64,000 bases of DNA, taken from IMG/VR virus record IMGVR_UViG_3300027708_000052; one strand, 5' to 3'. Made by a program: the position numbers and the translations under genes. Below, one piece after another: positions 38,042-49,400 of the stretch (position 1 is its first letter; every line of letters begins with the position of its first letter). The notes beneath the pieces were generated by a model, which did no database searches, was not told the origin of the DNA, and saw nothing but the letters and a program-made list of their open reading frames with translations. The DNA comes from an uncultured virus (IMG/VR IMGVR_UViG_3300027708_000052). Taxonomy: Duplodnaviria > Heunggongvirae > Uroviricota > Caudoviricetes.

Positions 38042-38608
38042 TTAAGTACCGTAAACAGCCAAACTAATATTGCTAACGTCTACGTAAGTATTTGTTTTAA
38101 CATCTTGTACTACAAAATTAAACCCTGAGTTACTGCTGGAATTACCGGTTATTTTACCGTTATAGTCTACAACAACAACAGTAGCGTTACCGGCTGGGCT
38201 AAGCGAACTACTAGCAACAATTGCATAGTTACTAGTAGTAATAAGCCCAAAATTAGAAAAAATTAATGAATATTTACCAGTGTCGGTTTTATATAGTGTA
38301 CTTACATTATATGAAGTTGTTGTACTAATAATTTGATTACTATCAGTGGTTTGAGTGCCGTTAAATAAAACCCAACATGTTGCAATTCCATTATATTGAT
38401 TTGTTAAATTATGAAATTGATCTTTAGCAGAAGATGAAACATTATTAACTAATGTATAAAGAGCATCGTTACCTCGTACGGAGTCATTAATTTGAGTATC
38501 AACGTCACATACATCGTTACTTAAAATATTAAAGTTGTTATTAATAGTAACAAGAGAGTTACCAATACATTCAGTTGGTTGAATTGTTGTAATAGATGAA
38601 CAGGACAT
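38042..38608 (-). CDS. Short fibre protein
   Basis: ECIGNSLVTINNNF anchor; C-terminal WVLFNG...SYNVS...TGKY-x-L-x-F domain typical of phage fibre tips. Confidence 0.7.
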   Translation of the reverse strand: MSCSSITTIQPTECIGNSLVTINNNFNILSNDVCDVDTQINDSVRGNDALYTLVNNVSSSAKDQFHNLTNQYNGIATCWVLFNGTQTTDSNQIISTTTSYNVSTLYKTDTGKYSLIFSNFGLITTSNYAIVASSSLSPAGNATVVVVDYNGKITGNSSSNSGFNFVVQDVKTNTYVDVSNISLAVYGT

Positions 38609-38620
38609 ATGATTATAAAT

Positions 38621-38628
38621 TATTTATA
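38621..38628 (-). promoter_or_regulatory. T4-type late promoter TATAAATA
   Basis: Exact consensus ending 12 nt before the ATG at 38608; heads the four-gene fibre cluster. Confidence 0.7.
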
Positions 38629-38636
38629 AGGTAAAG

Positions 38637-41600
38637 TTAATTTTTACAGTCGGGATCATAGAATTTAATGAGTGTATAGAAATTATCCCAAAGATAACCT
38701 AATACTCTGTTTATAACAGCAGACGTAACAATTTCATTTTGACCGATGATTATCTTATCTTTACTATGAATGGGGGGTGTATAAGATTTACAATACCCAC
38801 TTGTATAGAATAATGAATTTCTAAATAATTCTATATTATCCCAAAGTCTTTGTAAAGACTTTGTATATACCCAATTTTGTACATACTCTTCTTTATGTAT
38901 AAAAAGATCTTCTTTTGACCAAAAATTAGTATTAGAATTATTGCTTTTTTGAGTTAATTCCATAACGTCAACGTATTTTAATATTATGTCATTATTTGTA
39001 ATTAATAAATTACGATACTCATCGTGATAAGCACGAGTCATATTTGTAGTTTTAAGTGGCTCGGGTTGATTATAATTGGCTGGTTTGTAATCTATAGGTA
39101 TACCTGCAAATACACCATTTCTAAAAAATTTAAGAACAGTTCTATTAAAAATTACATAAATAATTTCTCTATTATAGGCATTAGTAATTTGTGTAGGTGT
39201 AGAGCGCGAATTCGGTGATACAAAAATATCATAAGAACCGGTAAATTCACTAGGTAAATAATCGTTATAGCTATATGAAAATTTAAAGTTGCCTGTATAA
39301 TCATAAACAAAAACAGAAGTATTTGTTAATACATGTACGTTTTGTTGACTGTCAACTGTTAATGATAAAGGAGGATGTAACTTAAAATTATTGTCATTTA
39401 TTGTTTGTATCCAAGTACCGGAATTAGAAAATTGTTTTACTACTTTGTTACCGGTGTCACATATCCATACATTATCAAGTTGATCAATATGTATATCATT
39501 TGGTCTATTAAATTTTGTCTTAGACCCTGCAATTCCGTATCCACCCCATGTGTTAAATAACACCCAGTGTGTATTAAGTGTTGTATCGTATTTTAATACT
39601 GCTACACGTGATAGTATATTATCTAATACGTAAATTTTATTTGTAGAATCTATACAAATATTTTTTATATCTTGAAAATTAATGTTACCGTCTACTGTAT
39701 ATCGACTACTAACTACCGTAGATGTATAATTTGATGAAAGTATGTTAATTTGAGTTTGAGTAGATGCGTAAATAAAATTATTTCTAGATGCTATACCAGT
39801 ATATTTACAAATGTTTAAAACTCGATGATTAGGTAGGTTATAATAAAAAGTGTCTAGCTTGGGTATATTTACATTCCAAATACCTGAATTACATATAATT
39901 GTATTTTGATTTTGTTCAGAACAAGGTTCATATACCCATTTTTTATTATAAGGTTTTGAAGCTAATGTATCATTCCATGTTACTATTTTTGATGAATTTT
40001 TACTTCTTTTTAAATTCCAATTCCAATCTGTACAATATTTACCTAAACATGTTAAATTTGTACCTAAACCTGTGTTACATGCTTGATCAATCCAAGTACC
40101 ACATTTAACATATTTACCAATATAATCGTAATTATAACCAAATGCAGCTTGTATTGCGTCTCCTTTTAATGCTTGTTCCCAGGTTACCATTTCATCTGGT
40201 TTATCTAATGCATCTAAACTTAAACTTTCCCAAGTCCATATCGGGCAAGAATCTAATGGTCCAATTTTTGTTGGTAATTGACCGAGATATCCATAATAAT
40301 CAGAAATTTTATTTAGGTAGTGTCTACCTAGTACATTTAAATATTGTAAATTATCATAAATTTTTTCTACACAGCTGTTAATATTATCACTAGTCACCCA
40401 ATCATTAGAACCTATTATAGGTTTATTTGGGTTAGGTAAAACAATAGGTGCTCCATCTATACGATATTCTTCAGGTGCAACTGTATCGTAATGATTTAAA
40501 ACTCTAACAATATTAGTATATTGCTGTATAATCGGTATATTATATTTTGAAGTATAAAATGTAACTGTGATTGTTTTAAAACCTTCTGTATTAAAATTAA
40601 CTGAAAAAGGACCATAAACTTGATTACCGGTTAGTATTAAATTACTTGTACCATTAGTAACTACTTCATTAAAATTAATATTAATAGCAGTAACAGTGTT
40701 TAAATTAGTAGATTGATTTTCAAAAAATACATCTGTACCAGTAAGTACGTATCTATTAGATGTATAGTATTTAATTTGAGGGGGGGCTATAGATGTAAGG
40801 CTATAAAATGCATTAAGTGTTAAATCTCTTGTTATCCAATCACTGATTTGAGTAGTTGAGATATGCGCAGTAAAAGTTTGTTTAGCTCTTATTGTAACTT
40901 TTTCGTCGTTATAAAAACTTAATGCTCCACCGGAAGCTAAAGTTTTTTCACCGTAATCATTTAAAAATAGTTTATAAACAAATGTATTAATACTTGATGA
41001 TTGTACTGTTGTAGTTTTCCAATACGGTGTTTCAACATACCAATTAACATCTTTATCAACTGTATAAGTTACTGGAGTATTATAATTAACTGTATTAAAA
41101 ATAGGGTTAACTACACCTTCATTTCTCCATTTTTTAGTATATTTACCTGACTTTGCTGCTGTAGTAGTAGAACCAGATGATAATAAACATTGTAAGCTAG
41201 CCCATGATGAAGGCTCTTTAGTATTAGTAAAAATACCTGAAATAGGTGTTGATACTAATCCAGGACCGAGACCACTAACGTAGTTTTCAAATGTTGACCA
41301 TTTCCATAATAAACCATATTTATCGTAGCAAGCTGAAAGCTCATTAAAAGTACTTGTAGCAAGTTTTAAATTTGCATTATATGTAACTACTGATCCGGCT
41401 ACTGGTAAATAAATTAATGGGTCTATACCAGGTGTAAAAGTATACTGTATAGGGTCATATGGTTTTACTTGTATACTTTGAAATAAAGGTGTATTAGTTA
41501 TTAATTCAGTACCTGTTGCATCCACTGTCGATGTACAGTAGGGATAATAAACAGGAAAATAACCTACTGTACCTTCTCCTAAGGTACTGTTGTAATTATC

Positions 41601-42761
41601 AGAGTATGAAATAATTGGATCTTTATCAACATTAAAATAAATTTTTCCATCATCTACCTGTAATAAAATAGGTAAAGTTAAATTTAATGCTGGAGTTGTA
41701 GATATAGATATATATAAACTTGTTAACGGTTGTACATTTGGTGTATACAACGCTGGTATAATTGCTGCTGATGTTGAATAACGAAAACTATTATCAATAC
41801 TTGAAAGAGTTGATGAATCATTTAAAAACCATTTATAATTTTTTACATTATTATTTGTACTAGACGCGCTAAGAAATATACCGCCAGTATGTCCTTCACC
41901 GTAAAAAGACATACCTGTTGAATTTTTCAAATAATCATTATTGAAACTATTAATAGTGTAATCACTAGCTTGTAAAAAAGCGCCGCTTAAAAAGTATGAA
42001 TCTGGAAAACCGATAACATTAGCTTTAGGAAAATACGGTACGTATCTAGCACTTATTGATTGTGTAAAAATATGTGGGGTGTAAAACTCATATAGACTAT
42101 CTAAACCTGCTTTTGCTGATATTGTTAGATTAAGTGTACATACACAAGGTACTGTACAATTAAAATCAGGTATGTTCTGAAAATAATCACTATACGGTAA
42201 ATCATTATTAATCCAATAGTAGTACGTGTAATACTCATTAGGGTTATCAGGAATTCCTTGAGTTGAATCAAAAGAGCTGCTTTTAAAATTTCCTGAAAAA
42301 ATGTTGTGTTTGTGGCCTTCATCGTCAATATAATCCCCCGCTGTGCTACGAAAAAAGTACGGTGAATTAAAAGTAAATTCGTTATTTAAATATAAATTAA
42401 TATTTACTGTAGGCCATGTATCGAAAAAAATACCGGGGTCTGGTTCAAACGTTGGGGGATCGGTAAGGGTTCCGTCTAATATAGTAGCTGTTAAAGGTAA
42501 TGCACAAATAGTATACAAAGTTGTTGTATGATCGTATGTAGAGGCTGAAAAAGATAGATATAATGTACTAGCGTCAACAGCGTTGACGGTAGATAAACTA
42601 GTTACAGTACTAAATGTATCTGTTATGGCAGTAACATAGGCGGGAAATTGCCACTTTAATTGATAATTAATAGGAAGCGGGCCAAGACTATCATCAGTTA
42701 TAGCAGCCGTTACATAACGTATAAAAGTTCTATTATCTAAATTTGTTGTTAATACGGCCAT
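38637..42761 (-). CDS. Giant virion protein with PKD/Ig-like segment, Cys/Trp repeats and NHL beta-propeller
   Basis: FNRPNDIHIDQLDNVWICDTGN NHL repeat; VFFENQS...FNTEGFKTITV PKD-like segment; three IG-x-N-[DE]-x-V-T-like helix motifs. Confidence 0.6.
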   Translation of the reverse strand: MAVLTTNLDNRTFIRYVTAAITDDSLGPLPINYQLKWQFPAYVTAITDTFSTVTSLSTVNAVDASTLYLSFSASTYDHTTTLYTICALPLTATILDGTLTDPPTFEPDPGIFFDTWPTVNINLYLNNEFTFNSPYFFRSTAGDYIDDEGHKHNIFSGNFKSSSFDSTQGIPDNPNEYYTYYYWINNDLPYSDYFQNIPDFNCTVPCVCTLNLTISAKAGLDSLYEFYTPHIFTQSISARYVPYFPKANVIGFPDSYFLSGAFLQASDYTINSFNNDYLKNSTGMSFYGEGHTGGIFLSASSTNNNVKNYKWFLNDSSTLSSIDNSFRYSTSAAIIPALYTPNVQPLTSLYISISTTPALNLTLPILLQVDDGKIYFNVDKDPIISYSDNYNSTLGEGTVGYFPVYYPYCTSTVDATGTELITNTPLFQSIQVKPYDPIQYTFTPGIDPLIYLPVAGSVVTYNANLKLATSTFNELSACYDKYGLLWKWSTFENYVSGLGPGLVSTPISGIFTNTKEPSSWASLQCLLSSGSTTTAAKSGKYTKKWRNEGVVNPIFNTVNYNTPVTYTVDKDVNWYVETPYWKTTTVQSSSINTFVYKLFLNDYGEKTLASGGALSFYNDEKVTIRAKQTFTAHISTTQISDWITRDLTLNAFYSLTSIAPPQIKYYTSNRYVLTGTDVFFENQSTNLNTVTAININFNEVVTNGTSNLILTGNQVYGPFSVNFNTEGFKTITVTFYTSKYNIPIIQQYTNIVRVLNHYDTVAPEEYRIDGAPIVLPNPNKPIIGSNDWVTSDNINSCVEKIYDNLQYLNVLGRHYLNKISDYYGYLGQLPTKIGPLDSCPIWTWESLSLDALDKPDEMVTWEQALKGDAIQAAFGYNYDYIGKYVKCGTWIDQACNTGLGTNLTCLGKYCTDWNWNLKRSKNSSKIVTWNDTLASKPYNKKWVYEPCSEQNQNTIICNSGIWNVNIPKLDTFYYNLPNHRVLNICKYTGIASRNNFIYASTQTQINILSSNYTSTVVSSRYTVDGNINFQDIKNICIDSTNKIYVLDNILSRVAVLKYDTTLNTHWVLFNTWGGYGIAGSKTKFNRPNDIHIDQLDNVWICDTGNKVVKQFSNSGTWIQTINDNNFKLHPPLSLTVDSQQNVHVLTNTSVFVYDYTGNFKFSYSYNDYLPSEFTGSYDIFVSPNSRSTPTQITNAYNREIIYVIFNRTVLKFFRNGVFAGIPIDYKPANYNQPEPLKTTNMTRAYHDEYRNLLITNNDIILKYVDVMELTQKSNNSNTNFWSKEDLFIHKEEYVQNWVYTKSLQRLWDNIELFRNSLFYTSGYCKSYTPPIHSKDKIIIGQNEIVTSAVINRVLGYLWDNFYTLIKFYDPDCKN

Positions 42762-42778
42762 TGTTAATATTTAAACGG

Positions 42779-45451
42779 TTAATTCACCCATTCAAGGTTA
42801 AGAAGTTCAGTATAAGCTGGTTTAAGTTGTTGTATCGCTTTTCTGATATCGTTTTCAATTTTATTGCGTAGTACAGAATCGGTAATATGTGTACCTGTAA
42901 TTTTAATATTAAAAAATGCACTTTTTGATCCTGGTAAACGATGTTTAAAGAAACGATCAATAGTTTCAATATACTGTAAAGAGCCTGTTGGTATGTCCCA
43001 TACAATATCTTGACTGATTGTTTTTTCTCTAATAAAGTATTCTAAAAATTTAGGATCAATTGCGTAATCATATATTTTGATAGAATCAATACCACCGTTC
43101 CAAATAACAGATGTAGATGCAATTTCAGTATTAAAGTTTTCTGCTTCACCAGCTGGTGTACCTATATAAAGATTATTAACAAAATCGTAATTTAAAGAAA
43201 CATTGTCTGGTAGTAGTAAGTTACCTCTAAACGTTTTATCTATATAAAGAGATAAGGTTTTATCTTTAAAAGTAGCAGTAATTAAATGCCAATTGAAATT
43301 AACTAATCCTTCAACCGGTATTGAAAGTTTATAAGTAGAATATGGTAAATTAATATTAGAAGGTTTTACCGATACTTTAAACTGTAATTGAGTGTTATTA
43401 TTATAGTTGATAGGGTTAAAAATTCTTCTTTGTTCATATCCTGTAAAATCACCTACTTCTTTAAAGGTAAGTTTATCGTTATCCTGTGTTGAAGTAATAG
43501 GGTCTAAAGTATTAACATGTTGCGGTAGATATGTAGCTTTTTTAATTTCGCCATCAAGTGTTATTTGATACAAGTATTTTTCATAGTCGTGATATATAAC
43601 AGCGTACCAAGTAAATTTATTTGTTTTTCTATTGTATTCATTAATAAAGCTTATATTTCTTCTGCTAGGAAATAAAATAGCGTCTCCAAATTCTGATGAT
43701 TGAGTATGATAATACTCACCAACTAAATATGTATGTTTAACAGAAATATCATCTTTATCAAAAATATGTATTTGATTTGAACCAGCTAAAACCCAGATAT
43801 CTCCATTCGGTGCAACAGCAATAGCTACAGCTGGAACCGGTGTGTAGGCATAATTATCTTCTTGATTAACGTCATACGGATAAAACCAATATTCACCATC
43901 AACATAAACTTGACCAGCAAAAAAACCGTTATCGCCGTTTGCATTTTGAATGGTCCAGTGTTTATTACGCGAATCAAATTTGCTGTCATAGCAATTATTT
44001 GTTATATGTAATTTACCGTTGATATCAAAAGCTAAAATATCATTTGGTGTATAATTTGTTGTATAGGTATAATCTGGAAAAGGCTCTATAAAATTAAGAT
44101 TATTATCAAAATAACTATAATTAGTAAAACTTGATCCGTATATAAATGCTGTATAAGCTAATGGATCATACTTATAATATTGTAAATCATAATAAGCAGT
44201 ACTTGTTATATCTTCTTGATATATAAGATCTTTATCAAAAATAAAAGTTTTAGTATCTGTAACGGCAATTATATTATCATCTCCATCCAAGATAAGAAGA
44301 GCCGGGGTACCAGATAGAGCAAAATTATCTCCTGTTGTAGTTTTAGAATAAGCAATGGCGTTACCGTTATAATCATATTTTGTTATACGTTTATTAGTAC
44401 TATCTAATATAACAACTTCAGATTCACTATTAATACTTGTATAGATAGGTATAACAGGTTCTTTTCTTACATACTCGAGATTTAAATCATAGTATGTATT
44501 ACCTTCTTGATTAAAGTAAAAAAGATGGCCATATGTAGTTTCAGGTATTACATAAAAAGGATTATTATATAAATTATTAAAAAATATACCATAACCACCT
44601 TTTCTAAAATTACCAATAAGTTGAGTATTAGTTGCATTTGACCAATCATTATTATATAACCAAAAAGATAATGTAAACTCGTTGATAAGATTGTACGAGG
44701 GATTACAATCTACGTTGCAGCTTATTAAATCAGAATTATAAAAAGAAAGAGTATTTCTATCGGTATAATTAGCACTTTTAAATGTTTTTAACCATGCTTG
44801 ATTAAACACATTAAAATTAATAGTATTTTTGTAAATAGAATTGTCTATAGTGTTTATTGACCAGTTGTCAATACTTAAACGTAATCTATTTTTATCATTA
44901 CCAGCAAATGTTTCTACGGCTTCAATTGCTGATTTTTCGCCATTATGAAAATATTGATACATAACACCAGGCTCGAGTGTAAGTGTTGATGGTACATCAT
45001 AGTAAACAGGAGAATGAGATTGATAGTCGTATATATTAGCTTTTCCTTCTAAAGCTTGTTTATATGATAATATACCAGGATTGTAATAGCGATCTAACCA
45101 TTGTGGGTCTTTAAAAGGCTCAGCATAAAGCCAAGTACAAAGCCAAGTACCATCCTCGGGATCACTTGTCGACCCCCAGGGTGTTGTCTTACCGTAACCA
45201 CCTTGCTTTTTAAAAATTTTATCAGCAAGAGCTGGTATAACCCCTGGTATAGCTCCGTCTCCCACGAGCGTAGACTCTGATATTTTTTGAGGTTTAGCAA
45301 AGTATGGTACGTGAAAAAACGTTGTTAAGTCTTTAGTGAGAACAACTTCATTAGTATACGCCTCATACCCTAAGTGAACATTTTCATACCCATCTGATTG
45401 ATTTGTACCGGTAAATATTTTATAATAATTTCTTTGTTGAAAATTAGACAT
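42779..45451 (-). CDS. Baseplate-wedge-like protein with split LamG domain
   Basis: FTLSFWL...GYGIF and WHLITATF...LYID...LYIG...GGIDSIKIYD LamG halves; C-terminal I-x2-LKPAYT wedge-like motif. Confidence 0.6.
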   Translation of the reverse strand: MSNFQQRNYYKIFTGTNQSDGYENVHLGYEAYTNEVVLTKDLTTFFHVPYFAKPQKISESTLVGDGAIPGVIPALADKIFKKQGGYGKTTPWGSTSDPEDGTWLCTWLYAEPFKDPQWLDRYYNPGILSYKQALEGKANIYDYQSHSPVYYDVPSTLTLEPGVMYQYFHNGEKSAIEAVETFAGNDKNRLRLSIDNWSINTIDNSIYKNTINFNVFNQAWLKTFKSANYTDRNTLSFYNSDLISCNVDCNPSYNLINEFTLSFWLYNNDWSNATNTQLIGNFRKGGYGIFFNNLYNNPFYVIPETTYGHLFYFNQEGNTYYDLNLEYVRKEPVIPIYTSINSESEVVILDSTNKRITKYDYNGNAIAYSKTTTGDNFALSGTPALLILDGDDNIIAVTDTKTFIFDKDLIYQEDITSTAYYDLQYYKYDPLAYTAFIYGSSFTNYSYFDNNLNFIEPFPDYTYTTNYTPNDILAFDINGKLHITNNCYDSKFDSRNKHWTIQNANGDNGFFAGQVYVDGEYWFYPYDVNQEDNYAYTPVPAVAIAVAPNGDIWVLAGSNQIHIFDKDDISVKHTYLVGEYYHTQSSEFGDAILFPSRRNISFINEYNRKTNKFTWYAVIYHDYEKYLYQITLDGEIKKATYLPQHVNTLDPITSTQDNDKLTFKEVGDFTGYEQRRIFNPINYNNNTQLQFKVSVKPSNINLPYSTYKLSIPVEGLVNFNWHLITATFKDKTLSLYIDKTFRGNLLLPDNVSLNYDFVNNLYIGTPAGEAENFNTEIASTSVIWNGGIDSIKIYDYAIDPKFLEYFIREKTISQDIVWDIPTGSLQYIETIDRFFKHRLPGSKSAFFNIKITGTHITDSVLRNKIENDIRKAIQQLKPAYTELLNLEWVN

Positions 45452-45452
45452 A

Positions 45453-46400
45453 TTAATTTGTTATTGGTTCTATTGGAGTATAGATATTATTAAACGGTGA
45501 AGGTCCTCCAGTTGGTGTCATAGTGGTTTTTAAATTTGCTATGTTTACAATAGCGTTACCACTTTCAAGTGCAGCTTCTACAGAAAAATCTATTAAAAAA
45601 TTTGTTGGTACGGAATTTATATTTCGATTAACAGTAACGGTTTTATTTTCAACACCTGATTCAATATCATAAAAATACGATACCCAATTATTTGTTGGAA
45701 TAAATCCAATATTTAAAGACGGAGATGTCACTGGTATACAATTAAATGCGTAATTGTTGTGACCTATAGCTGCATCATTAAGTATCATTCCTGTAGCTCT
45801 TAAAACGTTGTCACTACCTATAGCTAAATAACGATAACCTTCTGTAGTAACTGTTTTTATTGTTATAACATTATTTTGATAATCTATTTCAAATCTTTGT
45901 CTATAAAGATTGTCTTTATCTAAAGAACGGGGAGTTAACGATATAACATACGGATAGTTTTTATCTACAATAACATTTTTATTATTAACAAATAATTCTA
46001 CTTTATTAGTGCTTATAATAGGCACGATAGTAAATACTGCTTCATTACCCGATAAATTTAATGAAAAACTATTATTATTAGCAAGATAAGATACGTAATT
46101 AATAGATTTTATATCAAAATTTATAGTATTTAAAATAAATGATGATGGTATAAAATTAACATTTAAAGTTTGAGATGGAGGTGAAAAAACAGTATCAATA
46201 TCTATGGAAGATGTTAAAACAAAACAAGAGCCTTTATTAATTGCTACATCTTGAAAATTAGTTAATCCTTGTAATTGATAAAAATTATAACCTTCGTAAT
46301 ATGAATTAGCAGTACTAATTAAATTTTCATCTCTGTAGTATTTATATTTCAATGCTACAGGTGAGAGACTGGAAAGAGACTTATATACAATATTAGCCAT
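45453..46400 (-). CDS. Beta-rich structural protein (possibly beta-trefoil)
   Basis: 315-aa beta-rich ORF in the structural run; RYLAIGSDNVLRA-like strand. Confidence 0.45.
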   Translation of the reverse strand: MANIVYKSLSSLSPVALKYKYYRDENLISTANSYYEGYNFYQLQGLTNFQDVAINKGSCFVLTSSIDIDTVFSPPSQTLNVNFIPSSFILNTINFDIKSINYVSYLANNNSFSLNLSGNEAVFTIVPIISTNKVELFVNNKNVIVDKNYPYVISLTPRSLDKDNLYRQRFEIDYQNNVITIKTVTTEGYRYLAIGSDNVLRATGMILNDAAIGHNNYAFNCIPVTSPSLNIGFIPTNNWVSYFYDIESGVENKTVTVNRNINSVPTNFLIDFSVEAALESGNAIVNIANLKTTMTPTGGPSPFNNIYTPIEPITN

Positions 46401-46445
46401 TAGTACAATTATTTAATGGTAAATATCTAGGTAAACTACCTATTA

Positions 46446-49400
46446 TTATATCTCAGCGTCAGCTGTCCAGCATGTATAAATGTCTTGAACCGATAAAGGT
46501 ATATCAAGTTGTAATGTAAAGCCTTGTACTGATTGCCCTTCAAGACCGATTCTATTTTTATCAGAAGTGTAATATACAGTATCTTTATTAGTACTACGAA
46601 CTCCTCCCTTTGTACCTGTTTTTGGATCGTACCATTGTACATTTGGTATAGCTCTTTTTGTTACTTTATATCTTTCAATAATATTATAATAAGAATTTTG
46701 TACAGGTACATAAGCCCACGCTGCAGTTTCAGCGTTAGCGGATCCAGGAGCTACATCTATATCGTATGAAGATTCAAAGTAACGCTGACAAAGAGCTAAT
46801 TCAATTTGAGCGGGTCTTATTTCAAATGGTGTAGGTGTGGGTCCTACTTCAAGCTGAACACCAGTAATCTTAAATTCATTACCTGCTGTTGCCATAAATG
46901 TATTATCACTATCAACTGAACCAATAGTAAGATTTAAGTTATTTTGATTATTTGAAGTCCATGTATTTAAATTATAGTTGTAATTATCTGAACCAGCAGA
47001 TATACACCATAATAAACCTAAACCACTATATTGATTTTTATTGTTAACTTGATAATAGTTAGGAGGTATTGTTAATGAAACATATTGCCAAATATTAGCT
47101 TGCTTAATAGTGTATGTTGTTGTATATTGCCCAGTAATTTGAAAAGGGTTGTTGTAATGATTTCTAGCAGTTAATGCATATTTACCGGCGACACTCGATT
47201 TAACCCAGAATGATAAAGTAGCAGGGCGTGCTTGAGCTGTACCGTAACATAGATCTAATATATTAATTCCTTCTATACGTTGACGAATACCAAAAAGATC
47301 AGATGATTGTAAGATAGGTTTTGCAACTTCAACTTTAAATCTTAATGAATAATAATATCCTGGGGGGGCGTTTGTAAAATCAAGATTACTATCAGCTACT
47401 CTCTGTACTGATGCTACACCTGCATTATATGCATTAACAACTGTACTCGAAGCAGTATAATAAACACACGTATTTTTACTAATACCTACTCTTGACCAGG
47501 TAGTAACACTAGGTGTTTTATATTGTAAATCTAAAATCCATGAAGAGCCTTTATTACCTGCACTACCACTAACTATTGCTATTGGATAAAAACCACTTGA
47601 AGATACAGTTACATATTTAGTTTGATAAGTAAGATCATGTACTCCGGGTAAGGATATTGTTTTATTACCTGTTGTTGCTCCACTTAGTGGTGTATTAAAC
47701 CAAAAATAAGCAGCATCGCTACTACCTAATTTAAAATTATAATCACCGGATACGCTTGCGTAAAAGAAACCTTGAGTTACAGCAGTAAAAGCGCCACTTA
47801 AATTAGCAACCACTGGTAAATTACCTCCTTCTTTACCTTCACCAGAATATTCTAACTCTTCAGGCCACGGCCATTCAGGATCTACATATTCACCGTCTGC
47901 CGGTTTACCATCGTACGTACACCCTAATATAGAGGAAATACTATTAAAACTAGTTACGTTAGAAATTTTAGATGCTGTGTTTAGATAACCTATATTGTCA
48001 TTAAAGTAGCCTTTATAAAAGTCATAATGAAAACCTGATAAAACTGATGTACCGCTTCCAATAATTAGAGGGTTATAATATGTAGCATACGGTACACCTG
48101 ACGTTAACCAAGTAATACCATCAGTTGAATTAACTGTAAGTATAGTATTTCCTGGGGGGACTTGATGAAGTGCTACAAATTTACCGTTACCGTAAACTAC
48201 AGCGTCCCAAGCCTGTCCACTAGGGGTAGAAAAAGTATTTGATTCATACCAAGTTATACCATCATTAGAATAAGCAAAAGCGTTGGTAGTATTTGTCTTA
48301 TTTGAGGCGCCGTTTACTGCAATAGCAACATATCTACCGTTACCGTAAGTTACATCAATCCAGTATTTATTAGCAGGAAGTGTAGTTTGATTCCATGTAA
48401 TGCCGTCAGTTGAATACGCAGCTATATTTGTGGAGGAATTCAGTTGTCCAAGTGCGGCGTAAGCAACAGCAACAAACACCCCTAAATTACTACCATAAGT
48501 TACTGAGGACCAAAATGCAATAGTAGGAAGTGTTGATGCAGTCCATGTTATACCGTCAGTTGAATACGCAGCTCTATCTGTGTGAAGACTTCCAATTCCT
48601 GAGGCTACAGCAACAAATTTACCGTTACCGTAAGTTATTGACGACCATGTTGCATTATAAGGAAGTGTGGTTTGATTCCATGTAATGCCGTCAGTTGAAT
48701 ATAAACCAATATTACTGGTACCTTGAGCATTGCTACCAATAGCAACAAATTTACCGTTACCGTAAGTAGCATCACCTATATAAAAATCAATAGGAAGTTT
48801 GGTTTGATTCCATGTAATGCCGTCAGTTGAATATAAACCGATATTTGGAGTACTTGCAACGTATGAGCCACCAAAAGCAACAAATGTACCGTTACCGTAA
48901 GCTAACCCATAGTTTGGATAAGACTTACCTTCTAACTTACCTCCTACTAAACGAATTGGTAAAGGTGTTAGGTACCAAGTTACGGCATCTGTCGAATAAG
49001 CACCATAACCTTGATCACCTAATGTTACAAATTTACCACCACCAAATACAAATGAATAGTAGCGTTGCTGAGCTATAACTGGTAATGATGACGATGTATA
49101 TATTGGAGTAACAACGTTAGCATCTTTATTGAAACTGTACGCCGTCCATCTATCTACAGTATAGATGTCTTGATTATTTAAAATAATTGATGTCCCACCA
49201 AGACGTTGATCGACTCTAAAATCACCATTAATAATTTTATTTCTAAAACTAAAACTACCATTATCGAGTGTAAACGCACTAAGCGGTATAGTACCTGCAG
49301 CAAGCTTATTAGATGTAATCGAATAATCTGGTACTTCAGGAATTACAGTTAAGTTATTTGATATAACAACAACTCTGGAAGCTATAGGTGGTGGAGTTGT

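Noticed and set aside
48380..48840. Identical ~32-nt repeats that look CRISPR-like
   Set aside because: They are in-frame Asp-box codons inside a long ORF, intervening segments are ~100 nt or more and related to each other, and no cas genes are present.
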